Counted from the stretch's first letter, positions 6,867 to 17,126 are shown. The stretch: 48,699 nucleotides of DNA from a virus (IMGVR_UViG_3300035008_000005:1-48699); one strand, 5' to 3'. Notes: generated from the letters alone by a model not told the origin. Made by a program: numbers and translations.

Positions 6867-7198
6867 TTGAACAACCCTTCCTTCACTGCGATGTAGGCGC
6901 TAAACAGGGCGGTGATGACGACGCCAAAGGCTCGCGATCCGAGCACCGCAGCCAGAAAGCCGCGCTCTCCATCATTGCGGTCCTTCGCCGCCTCAAGCGC
7001 ATCTACTCGCGCACCGAGCGCCTCCACGCGGTTACTGAGCTTTTCGTAATCAGCTTGGGACGGGGCGGTCAGGAGCTTCTCGGTGAGCCCGTCGAGCTTC
7101 ATGGCCATGTTGTTCTGGTTGTGGATCAGCTCACGCAATTGCCCGCTAATTTCCCCGACCTTTACTGCTAGCGTGTGGAGTTCGGATTGAGCGGTCAC
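6863..7198 (-). CDS. Coiled-coil plus C-terminal TM protein (holin/antiholin-like)
   Basis: Immediately upstream of endolysin; single C-terminal TM. Confidence 0.6.
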   Translation of the reverse strand: MTAQSELHTLAVKVGEISGQLRELIHNQNNMAMKLDGLTEKLLTAPSQADYEKLSNRVEALGARVDALEAAKDRNDGERGFLAAVLGSRAFGVVITALFSAYIAVKEGLFK

Positions 7199-8940
7199 AC
7201 CTGCCTCCACAGCGTGCCGTTGAACACGAACTCATAGACCCCGCCGTTCGCAGCGGTGATGTTCGATCCCGAGGTGGTGGTGAACTGATTGGCGCCGGTG
7301 CCGTGCGTGATCGTCGTGTTAGCGTCCTGCACAATGATCACAAGGCGCTGCCCCAATTCCCCGCCTGTCGCCGTGGCGAAGGACGTGGCCGAACTGTTCG
7401 CTGTCCGCACCGCTGAAATGCGCGTGACCGCAAAGGTCGTCGCGTTCACCGTCCAGAGCGTCGGCACCTGCAGGTTGAACCCGTAGGAGCGGGCGTAATC
7501 GAGCATGTCGAAGCGGGTTGCCGGCGTGTTGCTGGCAGGCAGGTTCGTGGTGATATTCGGCGGGTTATAGGACACCCCCGCCGCCGTGTTGCGCCAGTGC
7601 GCGGCGCCGATCAGCGAATTGCCAACATCGAGCAGCCGCGCGTCAGTCTTCGATTGCAGGCGATAGTTGTTCGTGACCGACGAGCCCGACTTGGGCAACC
7701 AGCGCCCGCCGCGATCAACCCACGTCCATCCCGCTTCCTGATAGTCCGCGCCCGAAACAAGCGCCGTCACGGCCGTGCTCGCCTTGCCGACCCAGTTGCA
7801 CCCGAGCGTGACCAGCGATCCGATGTAGCGAAGCCGGATGCCGATGAGGGTGAAATCCTCGATATTACAGCCGACCATGTTGATGACATACTGGCTATCG
7901 ACGGTGTCCACGGTCGAGCGCGCGCCGAAGTCGCCCCAGATTTGCCCGCCGTCGAGACCGTTGCAGCCGATGAGGTTCGCCTGCCCCCAGATGCGATAGC
8001 CCGCCATGCCAGTGCCGACGACATGCGCGTAGCAGTTGGTGAGCGTGCGGACGATGTCACCCTTCAATTCGAAACCATGCCCCCCGGTCGAGGAAACATG
8101 GACGTTGGTGAAGTCGCAGGAGAAATTGTTGTCGGCCTTGATGCAGCTTCCCGCCGCGCTCTCAAGCCACAGATCGGAGAAACTCGACGCGTAAATCTGG
8201 TCCCCGCCAGCAAGGCCGGAAAGGTCCAGAGCGGTGTCGCAGTCGCCGTAAATGCGGAAGTCGCGCATGGTGACGCGGTAAAGCCCGGTCGGCGATTCCA
8301 GCTTGAGCGCCGGGAGCCCCGTCATTCCATCGCATAGAAGAGCGGACGCCTGCATACCGCGACCCGACCAGAGGCGGTTGTAAGGACCACCGGCGGGGAT
8401 CGTTAGGCTGTCCGTGATTTTATAGGTCTTCTGGGACAGCTTGAAATAACCGACCGCGTCGATCATCGCCTGAATTGCAAGCGTGTCGTCGGTCGTGCCA
8501 TCGCCCACCGCTCCCCACCATTCGACGGTCAGGAAGTCGGCCAGAACCTCGTAGACGTTGCGCGAGACCGTGCCAGAACGGGGGTTTTGGACCCCGACCA
8601 TGGATGCACCGGTGGCGTCAGCGAGCGCCGCAGTGGTGGCAAGGGTGCGCTGCTCATCGGCGACACCGCTGTTATTCAGATACACGGTGACGGTGCCATC
8701 ACCATTGTCTACGGCGAACCCCTCGCCGTCCGTCGTGGCCGCTAGCCCCGCCGACGTGTTCGCGTAGGTCGGACCCGTCATTGATTCGGCGTAGGCTGCG
8801 CTCACCTCCGATGCGCTTGCTGCAACCTCCGCCCGATCGCGCGCAATACGTGACTGGGCCGCGAGAGACGCCGCAAGCTCGGCCCCCGCAGCGGTGATGA
8901 CATAAGCGCCCTCGCGCTTGACGATGATCGCGCGTGTCAT
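7195..8940 (-). CDS. Tail spike/depolymerase with pectate-lyase-like beta-helix
   Basis: WWGAVGDGTTDDTLAIQAMID followed by beta-helix-like repeats. Confidence 0.8.
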   Translation of the reverse strand: MTRAIIVKREGAYVITAAGAELAASLAAQSRIARDRAEVAASASEVSAAYAESMTGPTYANTSAGLAATTDGEGFAVDNGDGTVTVYLNNSGVADEQRTLATTAALADATGASMVGVQNPRSGTVSRNVYEVLADFLTVEWWGAVGDGTTDDTLAIQAMIDAVGYFKLSQKTYKITDSLTIPAGGPYNRLWSGRGMQASALLCDGMTGLPALKLESPTGLYRVTMRDFRIYGDCDTALDLSGLAGGDQIYASSFSDLWLESAAGSCIKADNNFSCDFTNVHVSSTGGHGFELKGDIVRTLTNCYAHVVGTGMAGYRIWGQANLIGCNGLDGGQIWGDFGARSTVDTVDSQYVINMVGCNIEDFTLIGIRLRYIGSLVTLGCNWVGKASTAVTALVSGADYQEAGWTWVDRGGRWLPKSGSSVTNNYRLQSKTDARLLDVGNSLIGAAHWRNTAAGVSYNPPNITTNLPASNTPATRFDMLDYARSYGFNLQVPTLWTVNATTFAVTRISAVRTANSSATSFATATGGELGQRLVIIVQDANTTITHGTGANQFTTTSGSNITAANGGVYEFVFNGTLWRQV

Positions 8941-9365
8941 ATTGTTACGCCCGGCTTGAGGATGAACTTGCCCTCGACCGGGATGCGCTTGGCCATTCCA
9001 GACGGCGTGACGTGCAGATCGTAATGGAGGCTGACCGACTTGTCGTAAGGCGTCCCGAGCGCGAGGCCTTCCAGCGTCGTCTCGTCGATCTGGACGAGAA
9101 CAAGCGTCGCCGGTCCGGTCACTTCTTCGTCGGTCTTTGGATCGACGTAGACATAGGCAGGATCGTAGGTCGCGCTGATCCCTTGCGAGCCCGCCGACGC
9201 ATTGGCGAGGCTGACGATGGGCGTCCCGGTGTCGCCGGGGTTGTTCCGAACGTGCATGGCGAAGGTGGCGTCGTCCCATTCTTCGCCGAAAAAGACCCAT
9301 GTCGCCCCGTCCTCATCGACGAACGGCACGCGTTTATAGGCTTCCAGATTGAGGGTGACGGCCAT
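8937..9365 (-). CDS. Tail tip/adaptor structural protein
   Basis: Between tip and spike; YDL...EGKFILKPGVT C-terminus. Confidence 0.65.
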   Translation of the reverse strand: MAVTLNLEAYKRVPFVDEDGATWVFFGEEWDDATFAMHVRNNPGDTGTPIVSLANASAGSQGISATYDPAYVYVDPKTDEEVTGPATLVLVQIDETTLEGLALGTPYDKSVSLHYDLHVTPSGMAKRIPVEGKFILKPGVTI

Positions 9366-9396
9366 GCAGAAACCCTATTCGCGGGCCTTTAAACCG

Positions 9397-9408
9397 TTAC
9401 CGCCGTCA
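9397..9408 (-). promoter_or_regulatory. Late-promoter motif TGACGGCGGTAA (copy 1)
   Basis: Exact 12-mer, 31 nt upstream of ATG 9365. Confidence 0.7.
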
Positions 9409-11316
9409 GGGTATCGGGTTGTCCCATCCGCCGCCGCCGCCACCCCAGCCGGGCGGGCGTGGATCGGGGGTCGGTGCGGCCCCGCCAGTCAGCGTCGCAA
9501 CCCAGCCGATAAAGACATATTGGTTCGAAGCGACTTCGGTTGATGAAGGCTCAAGGGTAGCCAGATAGTCGCCAGCCACCAAGTCCCAGAAAAGTCCGTA
9601 TTTCGTGCCAGAAGGCAAACCGTCGATGCTGTCGGCGGGAAATTCGATCTCCGTCCCGTCGTCGAGCGTCCCATCGAAGGCGGCAATGATGATGCTGTCG
9701 TCGTCGGTCGTCACCGGATAGAGCGGCGTTTGCGCGACGATCTTGTGGACACCCTGCCATTCGGCGGCCTCGTCGATGCCCTGCACGAGCGGATTCAGGC
9801 TCCAGTCGTAAAGCGTCGGGTCGGCGGGCTCGACCGCCGGCGCTTCATCCTCGTCCCAAGCGTAAATCTGCGCGTTTTCCTCGCGCAGCATGACCGGGCA
9901 TGTCCCGTCGACCCGGTGCTCCATCTCGGCCACGCGGAACAGCTTTTCGGTCCATCCTAGGCGTGAAAATGTGAGCGGGATGACCATGTTCTTTTGCAGA
10001 AGCCAGCCGCGCGCGTTGAAGGTCGTCGTGAACTCGCCGCCGTAAAGCTGGCGCTGCAATCGCTGTTTCGCGAGCCGCTGCCATTGTGAGGGCGATTGCA
10101 CCAGGGCCAGGTCGAACGGGTCGAAGCGATCGATGCCGTCGCGGCTTTCGATTTCGACCGGCGGCGCCTCGACGAGCTGATAAAGCGACTGGTCGCGCGG
10201 GTCGGTGTAGGAGCCCTTGACGATGTTGAAGCTGTCCGAAAGCGCCGGCGTCTGCACCCAGCGGAAGCCCTCGACCATATCGTCATCGGTGAACAGCGGC
10301 CCCGGGTCGGCAAGATCATTGTTGAACACGGTCAGCCGGAACTTGCCGCCCACGTCGTCGAGATCGGCATTCATCGCCGCCTTCAGATTGTCGATGACGT
10401 TGGTCGGGTCGTCGCCGTCCGAGAAAACGCCGTCTGCCCGGTATCGCGGTTCGGTTCCGCCCGCCGCCAAAGAGACTGTCTCGTCGCAGAGGTTCGCCGC
10501 GGTGATGAAGGATTCAAGATCGATGCGGTTCGCGGGGATGCCGCAGCCTATCGAGACGAGCCCGTTGATCCGCCAGCCGAGCAGATACCATAGCAGGAGC
10601 AGCGCCGGGTTGCGGCTCGCGTCGTCGTCCCACTCCCACGTCGATTGATCGTTGGCGCGGTGCGAGCCCGAGCCACCGGGGACCGTGCCATCGAGGCGCG
10701 GGTCATAGACATAAGCGCCCTCGGTCTTGATCGTCAGGCGCGTCGGGATGGACTGAGCGAATGGGCTGTCGGTCTTTTTCGAGTTGCCGGTCAGCTTGTA
10801 GCGCAGATGGACATAGGCAAGGCCGGTGTAGCGCCGCGTCGAACCCATGCGCGCGCTGATATTGATCGCATTGCCCGCCGTGCCTTCGAGGATCGGCGCG
10901 ACGGTGAGATGGCCGACATATTCGCCCTGCACCCCGCCCGCCATCGTCCACGCCTTCTTGTCGTCGAACCAGATTTCGGTGATTTCGTGGACCTTGTGCG
11001 CGGCCACGACGATGAAGCGGTGCAGATAGGTCTGGCTGTCCGTATATTCCTGATCGCGAATATCGGTGTTGCCCGCGGTGACTCCCCATACACCCTTGCG
11101 CGGGGTGCGGGGGTCTATGCTGGCATTGAGGCGCTCGACCGAGCCTTGCGGCGTTTTCGGGGCCTTCGGGCGCTTGGCGAGCAGGGACGCGCCTATAGAT
11201 GCGCCGACGGAGATAGCGCCGAGCAACGCCGCCGATATGCCGAGACTGGCGCCGAGTGTGACGGCGGCAGCGGCAACGGACGCGACGACGGCGACAATTT
11301 TAAGGACTTTGCTCAA
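9406..11316 (-). CDS. Tail tip/central fibre (gpJ-like) protein
   Basis: YTGLAYV, VYDPR, NPALLLLWYL, IDLESF..AANLCDE motifs. Confidence 0.85.
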   Translation of the reverse strand: MSKVLKIVAVVASVAAAAVTLGASLGISAALLGAISVGASIGASLLAKRPKAPKTPQGSVERLNASIDPRTPRKGVWGVTAGNTDIRDQEYTDSQTYLHRFIVVAAHKVHEITEIWFDDKKAWTMAGGVQGEYVGHLTVAPILEGTAGNAINISARMGSTRRYTGLAYVHLRYKLTGNSKKTDSPFAQSIPTRLTIKTEGAYVYDPRLDGTVPGGSGSHRANDQSTWEWDDDASRNPALLLLWYLLGWRINGLVSIGCGIPANRIDLESFITAANLCDETVSLAAGGTEPRYRADGVFSDGDDPTNVIDNLKAAMNADLDDVGGKFRLTVFNNDLADPGPLFTDDDMVEGFRWVQTPALSDSFNIVKGSYTDPRDQSLYQLVEAPPVEIESRDGIDRFDPFDLALVQSPSQWQRLAKQRLQRQLYGGEFTTTFNARGWLLQKNMVIPLTFSRLGWTEKLFRVAEMEHRVDGTCPVMLREENAQIYAWDEDEAPAVEPADPTLYDWSLNPLVQGIDEAAEWQGVHKIVAQTPLYPVTTDDDSIIIAAFDGTLDDGTEIEFPADSIDGLPSGTKYGLFWDLVAGDYLATLEPSSTEVASNQYVFIGWVATLTGGAAPTPDPRPPGWGGGGGGWDNPIP

Positions 11317-11735
11317 ACCCGCCAGCCCCCGCCCCATTCGGCGCGCGGGATGCGTATCAGTCCCTCCGCCACCTCATCGCCATCGGTCGTCTCGGCCCTC
11401 CCGACGAACAGCGCATAGGCGCCCATGCAGACGCCGACCGCCTCGCCATTCCAAACCCCGTCGCCGCGCTGCAATCGGCCGACCGGGCATGGTTCGAACA
11501 GGCTATCGAGCGTCGATTTGAGATCCCCGGCGCCGAAGCGCCTCAAGACCTTTGCCGCGCCCAGATCGGTGGAATATTTGCCGCGGAACGGTGCGCCGGG
11601 GTCGTCGCCGGTCATCGCCATGACGGCGCCCGCGAAAAAGAGCCCGCAGTCGAGACGGCCCCATTCGAACCGATCGCCCCGAACCGAAGCGATATAGGCC
11701 GAAAGATCAGCCTCCCATGTCGAACGGCGCGTCAA
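11313..11735 (-). CDS. NlpC/P60-like tail assembly protein
   Basis: FEWGRLDCGLF, RGKYST, RGD. Confidence 0.8.
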   Translation of the reverse strand: MTRRSTWEADLSAYIASVRGDRFEWGRLDCGLFFAGAVMAMTGDDPGAPFRGKYSTDLGAAKVLRRFGAGDLKSTLDSLFEPCPVGRLQRGDGVWNGEAVGVCMGAYALFVGRAETTDGDEVAEGLIRIPRAEWGGGWRV

Positions 11736-12388
11736 AACTGCCGCTCGTTGTAATTGCGGCCGTCGTTCGGCCTGCCACCGCCGGAGCCGGGATAGGTCGG
11801 CGTGTTGCCCACGACCCCCGACACCCCGTTCGCGATGGCGATGGCGGCTTTCGGAGACAGGTCGCCCGCATCATAGCGCCCCTGATCGAGATAGGTGCGG
11901 TTCGGTGCCGACGAGAAGGCGGCCAGATAGGTTTCGATGGTGACGGTGATCGCCTGCCCGCCATCGTCGCCACCGACCTCGAGCGAGGTCATGTAGCCAG
12001 TATAATAGGGCTGGTAGCCGCCTTGCTGGATATTCTGGGCGTCGCGGATGACGCGCCATAGCCGGGCGAGCCGGCCCTGCCAGTTCGCCGGGTCCGAAAT
12101 GAGGTCGAAAGTTTCGCTGTCGATCGCCGGCAGACCAGAGAGGGTGGCCGTCACCGATTCCGTGCCCTGATCGGACACCTTCACCGACGATATGTCGACG
12201 AACATATGGCCGATGCCGATGAATAGCGCATCGTCGAGGTCGTCGTCGCCTGTCCCGGTGGGCGTGATGTCGTGCCCCGACGAGTTGGCCCGCACCTCGT
12301 CGCCCACGATATCGAGAAACGCGAAAAAGACGGGCTTGATAACCTCGGCTTCGAGCGCCGCCGCAGCCGTGCTGTCAGGGACGCTCAC
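11732..12388 (-). CDS. Minor tail (hub, DUF2163-like) protein
   Basis: Position after Dit; TLSGLP...WQGRLARLW...YTGYM. Confidence 0.7.
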   Translation of the reverse strand: MSVPDSTAAAALEAEVIKPVFFAFLDIVGDEVRANSSGHDITPTGTGDDDLDDALFIGIGHMFVDISSVKVSDQGTESVTATLSGLPAIDSETFDLISDPANWQGRLARLWRVIRDAQNIQQGGYQPYYTGYMTSLEVGGDDGGQAITVTIETYLAAFSSAPNRTYLDQGRYDAGDLSPKAAIAIANGVSGVVGNTPTYPGSGGGRPNDGRNYNERQF

Positions 12389-12987
12389 AGGGCTTCCTCA
12401 AGATCGAAGCCCGCGCCGCCGACTGCATTGTCCCAACTGATAGAAACGCGCTGATCGGCGTTACAAACCGGGATGAAGGGCTCGGCGGTTTCGACGGTGG
12501 CATTATTCGCCGGGATTTCGCCGAGTTCGATGTTGAGCTGGGCGGTCGCTTGGCCCGATGCGTTCGTGATGAGGTCGGCCGCGAGCATGACCAGCCGCTG
12601 ATGACCCGACGGCAGCGGCACGGTCATGTAATGGCCGGCGGAGAGAATGCGCGTCGATGTCTGCATCCCGTCGAGCGGCAGCTCATAGCCCGATGCCGAC
12701 GCGGCATTGACGAGCGGCTTGCCGCCGACATGGCGCTGTTTCGGCAGCGGATAGTGGAAGATATTCTGCCGCCCGCGCAAGCTGAACAGGAAGGCGCGCC
12801 AAGGTCGTTCGTCATTTTCGGTGGCGAGCGGCTCGATCGAGAACGACGCCATCCACATTTCAGCGCCGGGAAGCCCGACGATCTTGCGCCGCCGTGTCCA
12901 GATCGAGCGATTTTGCTGATCGGGCACGTCGAGCGTGAGGCTGTTGAGGATCAGCGCCTCGGTGTCGGGGATTTCGAGCAGCGCCAT
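12385..12987 (-). CDS. Distal tail protein
   Basis: First gene after tape measure; WRAFLFSLRGR. Confidence 0.75.
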   Translation of the reverse strand: MALLEIPDTEALILNSLTLDVPDQQNRSIWTRRRKIVGLPGAEMWMASFSIEPLATENDERPWRAFLFSLRGRQNIFHYPLPKQRHVGGKPLVNAASASGYELPLDGMQTSTRILSAGHYMTVPLPSGHQRLVMLAADLITNASGQATAQLNIELGEIPANNATVETAEPFIPVCNADQRVSISWDNAVGGAGFDLEEAL

Positions 12988-13022
12988 GGCACGGTGACGC
13001 TATGGTTCGGTCCGTTCATCGG

Positions 13023-13034
13023 TTACCGCCGTCA
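13023..13034 (-). promoter_or_regulatory. Late-promoter motif (copy 2)
   Basis: Exact 12-mer, N20, then TAGCGT; ATG at 12987. Confidence 0.7.
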
Positions 13035-15716
13035 GCGTCCGGCGCCGGGCATGCGGGGGCGGTTCGATCGGCGGATGGTCTCGTTTGCCGCGCGATCGAT
13101 GATGGCTGGTGCTGCTTCCAGCGTGACCTTGACCGCCTCACCTTGGCTGATCGCCTGAACATCGGATATGAAGGCGCCGCGGTCGGCATAGACGCGCAAC
13201 TCGATTGGCCCTTGCTGAGCGGTGACGGGCTGTGCGGCGCGTGCGTTCACCTGCCCGAGCGGGATGACGGTGCCACTGACATCGGACTGGAAAAATTCGG
13301 GGTTCCCGGGAGTTGCATTCTCGTTGATCCGGTAGATGCTATTGGCGCTCGTCGGGCCGCCACCGGCACGCGCACCTGCAAAACGGCTGTTGAAACTCGA
13401 AGCCCCGGATCCGATGCTCGACGATGCGGAACCTCCACCACCGAACAGGCCAGTCACCGCACCGATTATCGATCCGAACAATCCACCGCCACCCGAGCCC
13501 TTGTTGCGCAGCGCCTCTGCGAGCGGCCGAAACACTGCATCGTCGAGAAAGATCGAAAACAGGTCGCGGACGAAGCTGGACTTGATGCCGAGTTCTTTCG
13601 ACAGCGAATCCGAAATGCCGTCGTTCACTTCCTGCAATTGTCGAACCATCGCCGCTTCAACGCGGGTCTTGGTGTCGCCCACATCGTCAAGATAGCGATC
13701 GAGGGGGTTGTTACGTCCGATCATCTCGGCGTCCGCACCGCGCCGAGCGCCAATAGATGCGTTGCGCAGCCCGGCAATACGGGCGGCATCTTGAGCGGCG
13801 TCGAGCACTTCTTTTGCTACCCTGCCCGCCTCATATTCGGTTTTCAGGCGGGCAGCGGCCGCGATGACGAAATCATTCTGCGCCCGCTCTTCTTCATATT
13901 TCAGGTCGAGGAGCCGCAGTTCGATGGCGTTGCGCTCGTCGAGGGTGCGCGCGAGATCGGCCCGGCCTTGGAGCAGGTCGGCTTCGTCTGCACGCTGCGC
14001 GCTTCCGATCTGCGCGTCACGCTCGCGCTGGGCTTCGGCAAGACGGAAAGCGCGAATATCGGCATTCCGCTTGATCAACTCCGCTTTGTATTTCGCCGTC
14101 TCGTCGTTGATGAGGCGCAAGGCGTCAGCCTCATCGGAACGCAGTTTCCGCTGCGTGACAAGGCTGTCCAGATTATCGTTATACCGCTGTCGCTCAATTT
14201 CGATTGCTTCGAGGTTGGCCTTGTCGATCGCCTCGGCACTGGTGACGAGCGAACGGCGGGCGGCCAATTCCTCAGCCATCGCCGCGGCAAGCTCGTTCTC
14301 GAAAGACTGGCGTCGGCGCTCTTCCGAATCCGCCGCCCGTTGCGCGCCCTCCGTCGAAGGATTGCCATTCCACGCGACATGAAAATGGTCGTTATGATCG
14401 TTGCGCGTGCGTGCGCCGCGACCGGGACCGAAAAACTGCTCCTTGCCGGAAGCGTTGCGACGGATCTCGACACCAGCGGCTTGAAGCATCTGGCGAACCA
14501 GTTGCGTGCCCGCTTCGTTCATCATCCCCGGAATGACGAAATCGATCGCCCTGCCAGCATAATGGTCGGAACCCTTGGTGTGTTTGCCGCCGGTCGTGCT
14601 GGTGATGCGGGCCTCAGGGAATAGCTGCTTGATCAGCGCGACCATATCGCCAACCCGCGCGCCAGATGCGCCCGATGACGGCGAGGATCGCGCGGCGCGT
14701 TGCGAGTCCTGATAGCGTTTCAGTTCGGCTTCGCGGGCCGCGTTAATTTCCTTGATTTCCTTGCGCAGTTCGGCCTGTGCGGCCTTGCTGGCATTAGCAG
14801 CGCGCGCGGCACGGTCGATCTGCGCGTCATATTTGCGGTTGATCTTTTCCTCGGCGCTGGCGTTTTCCTGCTCGACGGTGCGCGCGGAAATAGCCTGCCC
14901 CAGAGAATTGCGCAGACGCTGAGCCTGCGCATCGGCCTTCGCCAGTTCGGCTTCGATCGCTCGGATCGTGTCCAGCCGTGAAGACAGCCCCAACGCCGCG
15001 CGGTCGCCAGTCTCACCGGGGCCAGATGCCCGCTGTTTCTGAATTTCATAAAGGGCGCGAGCATCAGCAAGCCGGGCACGGGTTACTTCGCGCAACGCCT
15101 CGGCTTCGTTCAGGTTTTTCTGGATGCTTTCGACGGTCTGCTCGGCTTCGCCCTTTTTCGCGAGCCGCAGGGCTTCGACAGCTTTTTCGGCATCGTCGGC
15201 CGCCTTCGTCACGCCCTCGATCGTCCGCGCGAAGAGAGCGTTGGCCTGCTCCGTAAGCACCGCCTGACGTTCCTGCGCCTTCATTTTCTCAACGAGATCG
15301 TCGACCGTATCGGCGGCTTCTTTCGTCTTAGAAAGCCACACGCCAAGCAGCGTCGTCGCGGCGAGGACAGCGGCGCCATAGGGGCCCGACAGGAAGGTGG
15401 CGAACCTCCCGACGGCCCCGCGCGCACCTTCAAGGGCATTCGCGACCTGCGGGCCCTGCTGAGCCAGAACAAGGAAGGGCGAGGTTCCGGCACTCAGCTG
15501 GACGCCGATGTCGGAGATCTGATATCCAAGAAGGCGCGATTGCTGGGCAGTGTTGGCGAACGAACGCCCGACCTGGCGCTCCATGCGAGAAGCCGAATTT
15601 TCGATCCTGACGAGCGCCTTTTCGGTGACGGTGGCCGAACCTTCCATGTCCACGCGAAATTTACCCGCGCGCGCTTCGAGTTCCAGAACGACCTTATCGA
15701 TGCTTTCACCCGCCAT
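13032..15716 (-). CDS. Tape measure protein with embedded M15/LAS peptidase-like domain
   Basis: QISDIGVQLSAGTSPFLVLAQQGPQ; long helical region; SDHYAGRAID...HFH. Confidence 0.9.
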   Translation of the reverse strand: MAGESIDKVVLELEARAGKFRVDMEGSATVTEKALVRIENSASRMERQVGRSFANTAQQSRLLGYQISDIGVQLSAGTSPFLVLAQQGPQVANALEGARGAVGRFATFLSGPYGAAVLAATTLLGVWLSKTKEAADTVDDLVEKMKAQERQAVLTEQANALFARTIEGVTKAADDAEKAVEALRLAKKGEAEQTVESIQKNLNEAEALREVTRARLADARALYEIQKQRASGPGETGDRAALGLSSRLDTIRAIEAELAKADAQAQRLRNSLGQAISARTVEQENASAEEKINRKYDAQIDRAARAANASKAAQAELRKEIKEINAAREAELKRYQDSQRAARSSPSSGASGARVGDMVALIKQLFPEARITSTTGGKHTKGSDHYAGRAIDFVIPGMMNEAGTQLVRQMLQAAGVEIRRNASGKEQFFGPGRGARTRNDHNDHFHVAWNGNPSTEGAQRAADSEERRRQSFENELAAAMAEELAARRSLVTSAEAIDKANLEAIEIERQRYNDNLDSLVTQRKLRSDEADALRLINDETAKYKAELIKRNADIRAFRLAEAQRERDAQIGSAQRADEADLLQGRADLARTLDERNAIELRLLDLKYEEERAQNDFVIAAAARLKTEYEAGRVAKEVLDAAQDAARIAGLRNASIGARRGADAEMIGRNNPLDRYLDDVGDTKTRVEAAMVRQLQEVNDGISDSLSKELGIKSSFVRDLFSIFLDDAVFRPLAEALRNKGSGGGGLFGSIIGAVTGLFGGGGSASSSIGSGASSFNSRFAGARAGGGPTSANSIYRINENATPGNPEFFQSDVSGTVIPLGQVNARAAQPVTAQQGPIELRVYADRGAFISDVQAISQGEAVKVTLEAAPAIIDRAANETIRRSNRPRMPGAGR

Positions 15717-15724
15717 GCGTCACC

Positions 15725-15945
15725 TCAGTTCATATGCGCGCTGGTGAAACGGCGCAGCTTGTCGATGTCCACGGAACCGCGAGCCGCCTTCGCGTCCGGG
15801 TCGTGGGCCTGATTCCAGTTCCAGAGAAGCGCGCCATATTCCCAAAGGCTCAACCGCCCGCATTCTTCGGGGCCGACATTCATCATGGCGCAATTTGCGA
15901 GGGCCTGACCGTAGTCTAGGCGGTCGTCGCCTCGTCTTTTTTTTT
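15725..15945 (-). CDS. -1 frameshift extension (gpGT-like) of tail chaperone
   Basis: A9G slippery run at 15945-15936; -1 frame reads RRGDDRLDYGQ...LSLWEYGALLWNWNQAH...HMN-stop just before tape measure. Confidence 0.8.
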
Positions 15946-16365
15946 ATCGAAGTCGGCTCCACCGGGAGGGTCAAATCCGACGACGCGAGCCGAGAGAATG
16001 GCATATGCCAGTTTCCAGCTCTTATCGAGCGGCTGACGATCGCCCAGCACATAGGCGTCGATCAACTGGTTCGCGCGCGTCGCATCGACAGTTACGGGCT
16101 CACCGTCCACCGTCCCGCAACCGCCGCCGATAAGCCCTTGGCGAATTACCGCGGTCAAATCCTCCATCCGGTATTCCGACTGAGCCGGGTCGCCGAACAG
16201 GATTTCGCCATCCTCGGTCTTGCGGTGAAAGATGCCGCGCGCCACGCGAGCGAACAGCGCGCCAATCCCGATATCGCAGACATTCTGGATTTCGTTGATC
16301 TGGCGTAGACCCAGCGCGAACAGATATTCTCCGTCGGCAAACTCAAGGGTGATAGACGTTTCCAC
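15916..16365 (-). CDS. Tail assembly chaperone (GTA gp10-like)
   Basis: Between tube and tape measure; IRQGLIGGG. Confidence 0.8.
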   Translation of the reverse strand: METSITLEFADGEYLFALGLRQINEIQNVCDIGIGALFARVARGIFHRKTEDGEILFGDPAQSEYRMEDLTAVIRQGLIGGGCGTVDGEPVTVDATRANQLIDAYVLGDRQPLDKSWKLAYAILSARVVGFDPPGGADFDKKKDEATTA

Positions 16366-16374
16366 GCATCACCC

Positions 16375-16821
16375 TCAGGATTCAGGCGTCCACGTCCATG
16401 CGCCTTGGCTGGCGAGCGTGATTTCCGCCGTCGAATCGCCGTCGCGCTGAAGGTTGAGATTGGCGGCGTTCATCTTGTAGGCGCCAGAAAGCGTGCCGAG
16501 CAGGTCGCCGGCATCCGTGCCGTTGTCCTGATAAAGCTCGATCTTGTAATTCTTCGTCACGCCGAGCGCGTCGAGGAACGTGTCAATCGAAGCCTTGTCG
16601 GTGAGGCCATTGCCGGTCACGTCCTGCTGCTTGCCGGTCGTTTTCGACTTGCGATAGGGGATTTCACCGGGCTTCGCGCAGTCGCGGACGAAGCGATCCT
16701 GCGCGTTGGCAACGGTGTTGATCTGGACGTTCTGAATGCCGCAAGCGGTCGTCAAGACTTCGGGGTCGGCGCCGTCACCAATCTTGATGATGGCGAAATC
16801 GGCTTCGGTCGGAAGGCTCAT
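16375..16821 (-). CDS. Major tail tube protein
   Basis: IKIGDGADPEVLTTACGI...ITLASQGAWTWTP. Confidence 0.85.
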   Translation of the reverse strand: MSLPTEADFAIIKIGDGADPEVLTTACGIQNVQINTVANAQDRFVRDCAKPGEIPYRKSKTTGKQQDVTGNGLTDKASIDTFLDALGVTKNYKIELYQDNGTDAGDLLGTLSGAYKMNAANLNLQRDGDSTAEITLASQGAWTWTPES

Positions 16822-16862
16822 GTGCAAATCTCCGGCATGGCAATTGCCGGAGACGCTATGGC

Positions 16863-17126
16863 TTAGGGGTTGCTGTCGTTACCGCCGTCAGCTTGCGGCC
16901 CGAGCTTCACGCGTGGAACCATCTGGACGACCTTCATCTCGTCGCGCGCCAAATCCGCCTCGCTTCGCCCATGTGCCTCGAAATAGGCGCCGCGCACACT
17001 ATGGGCTGTGTCGTCGTCTCCATCCTCCCGCACGATGTCGGCCGCCATCGCCTCCACGTCGTCGAGATCGAGAACGCCCTTTCGGATCAGCGTTCGGAGC
17101 AGATGAAAAGCGATGAGATCAGTCAA
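16863..17126 (-). CDS. Hypothetical protein (moron)
   Basis: Coupled to upstream lipoprotein gene. Confidence 0.55.
   Translation of the reverse strand: MTDLIAFHLLRTLIRKGVLDLDDVEAMAADIVREDGDDDTAHSVRGAYFEAHGRSEADLARDEMKVVQMVPRVKLGPQADGGNDSNP
16879..16890 (-). promoter_or_regulatory. Late-promoter motif (copy 3)
   Basis: Exact 12-mer, N20, then TAGCGT; upstream of tail tube gene. Confidence 0.7.

Noticed and set aside
7195-8940. Diversity-generating retroelement or invertible tail-fibre cassette
   Set aside because: No reverse transcriptase, invertase or duplicated variable repeat seen
13002-14624. 540-aa + strand ORF, and similar long ORFs at 21716-23476, 23379-25190, 32411-33610 and 36103-37107
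   Set aside because: Antisense shadows of high-GC genes with clear motifs on the opposite strand
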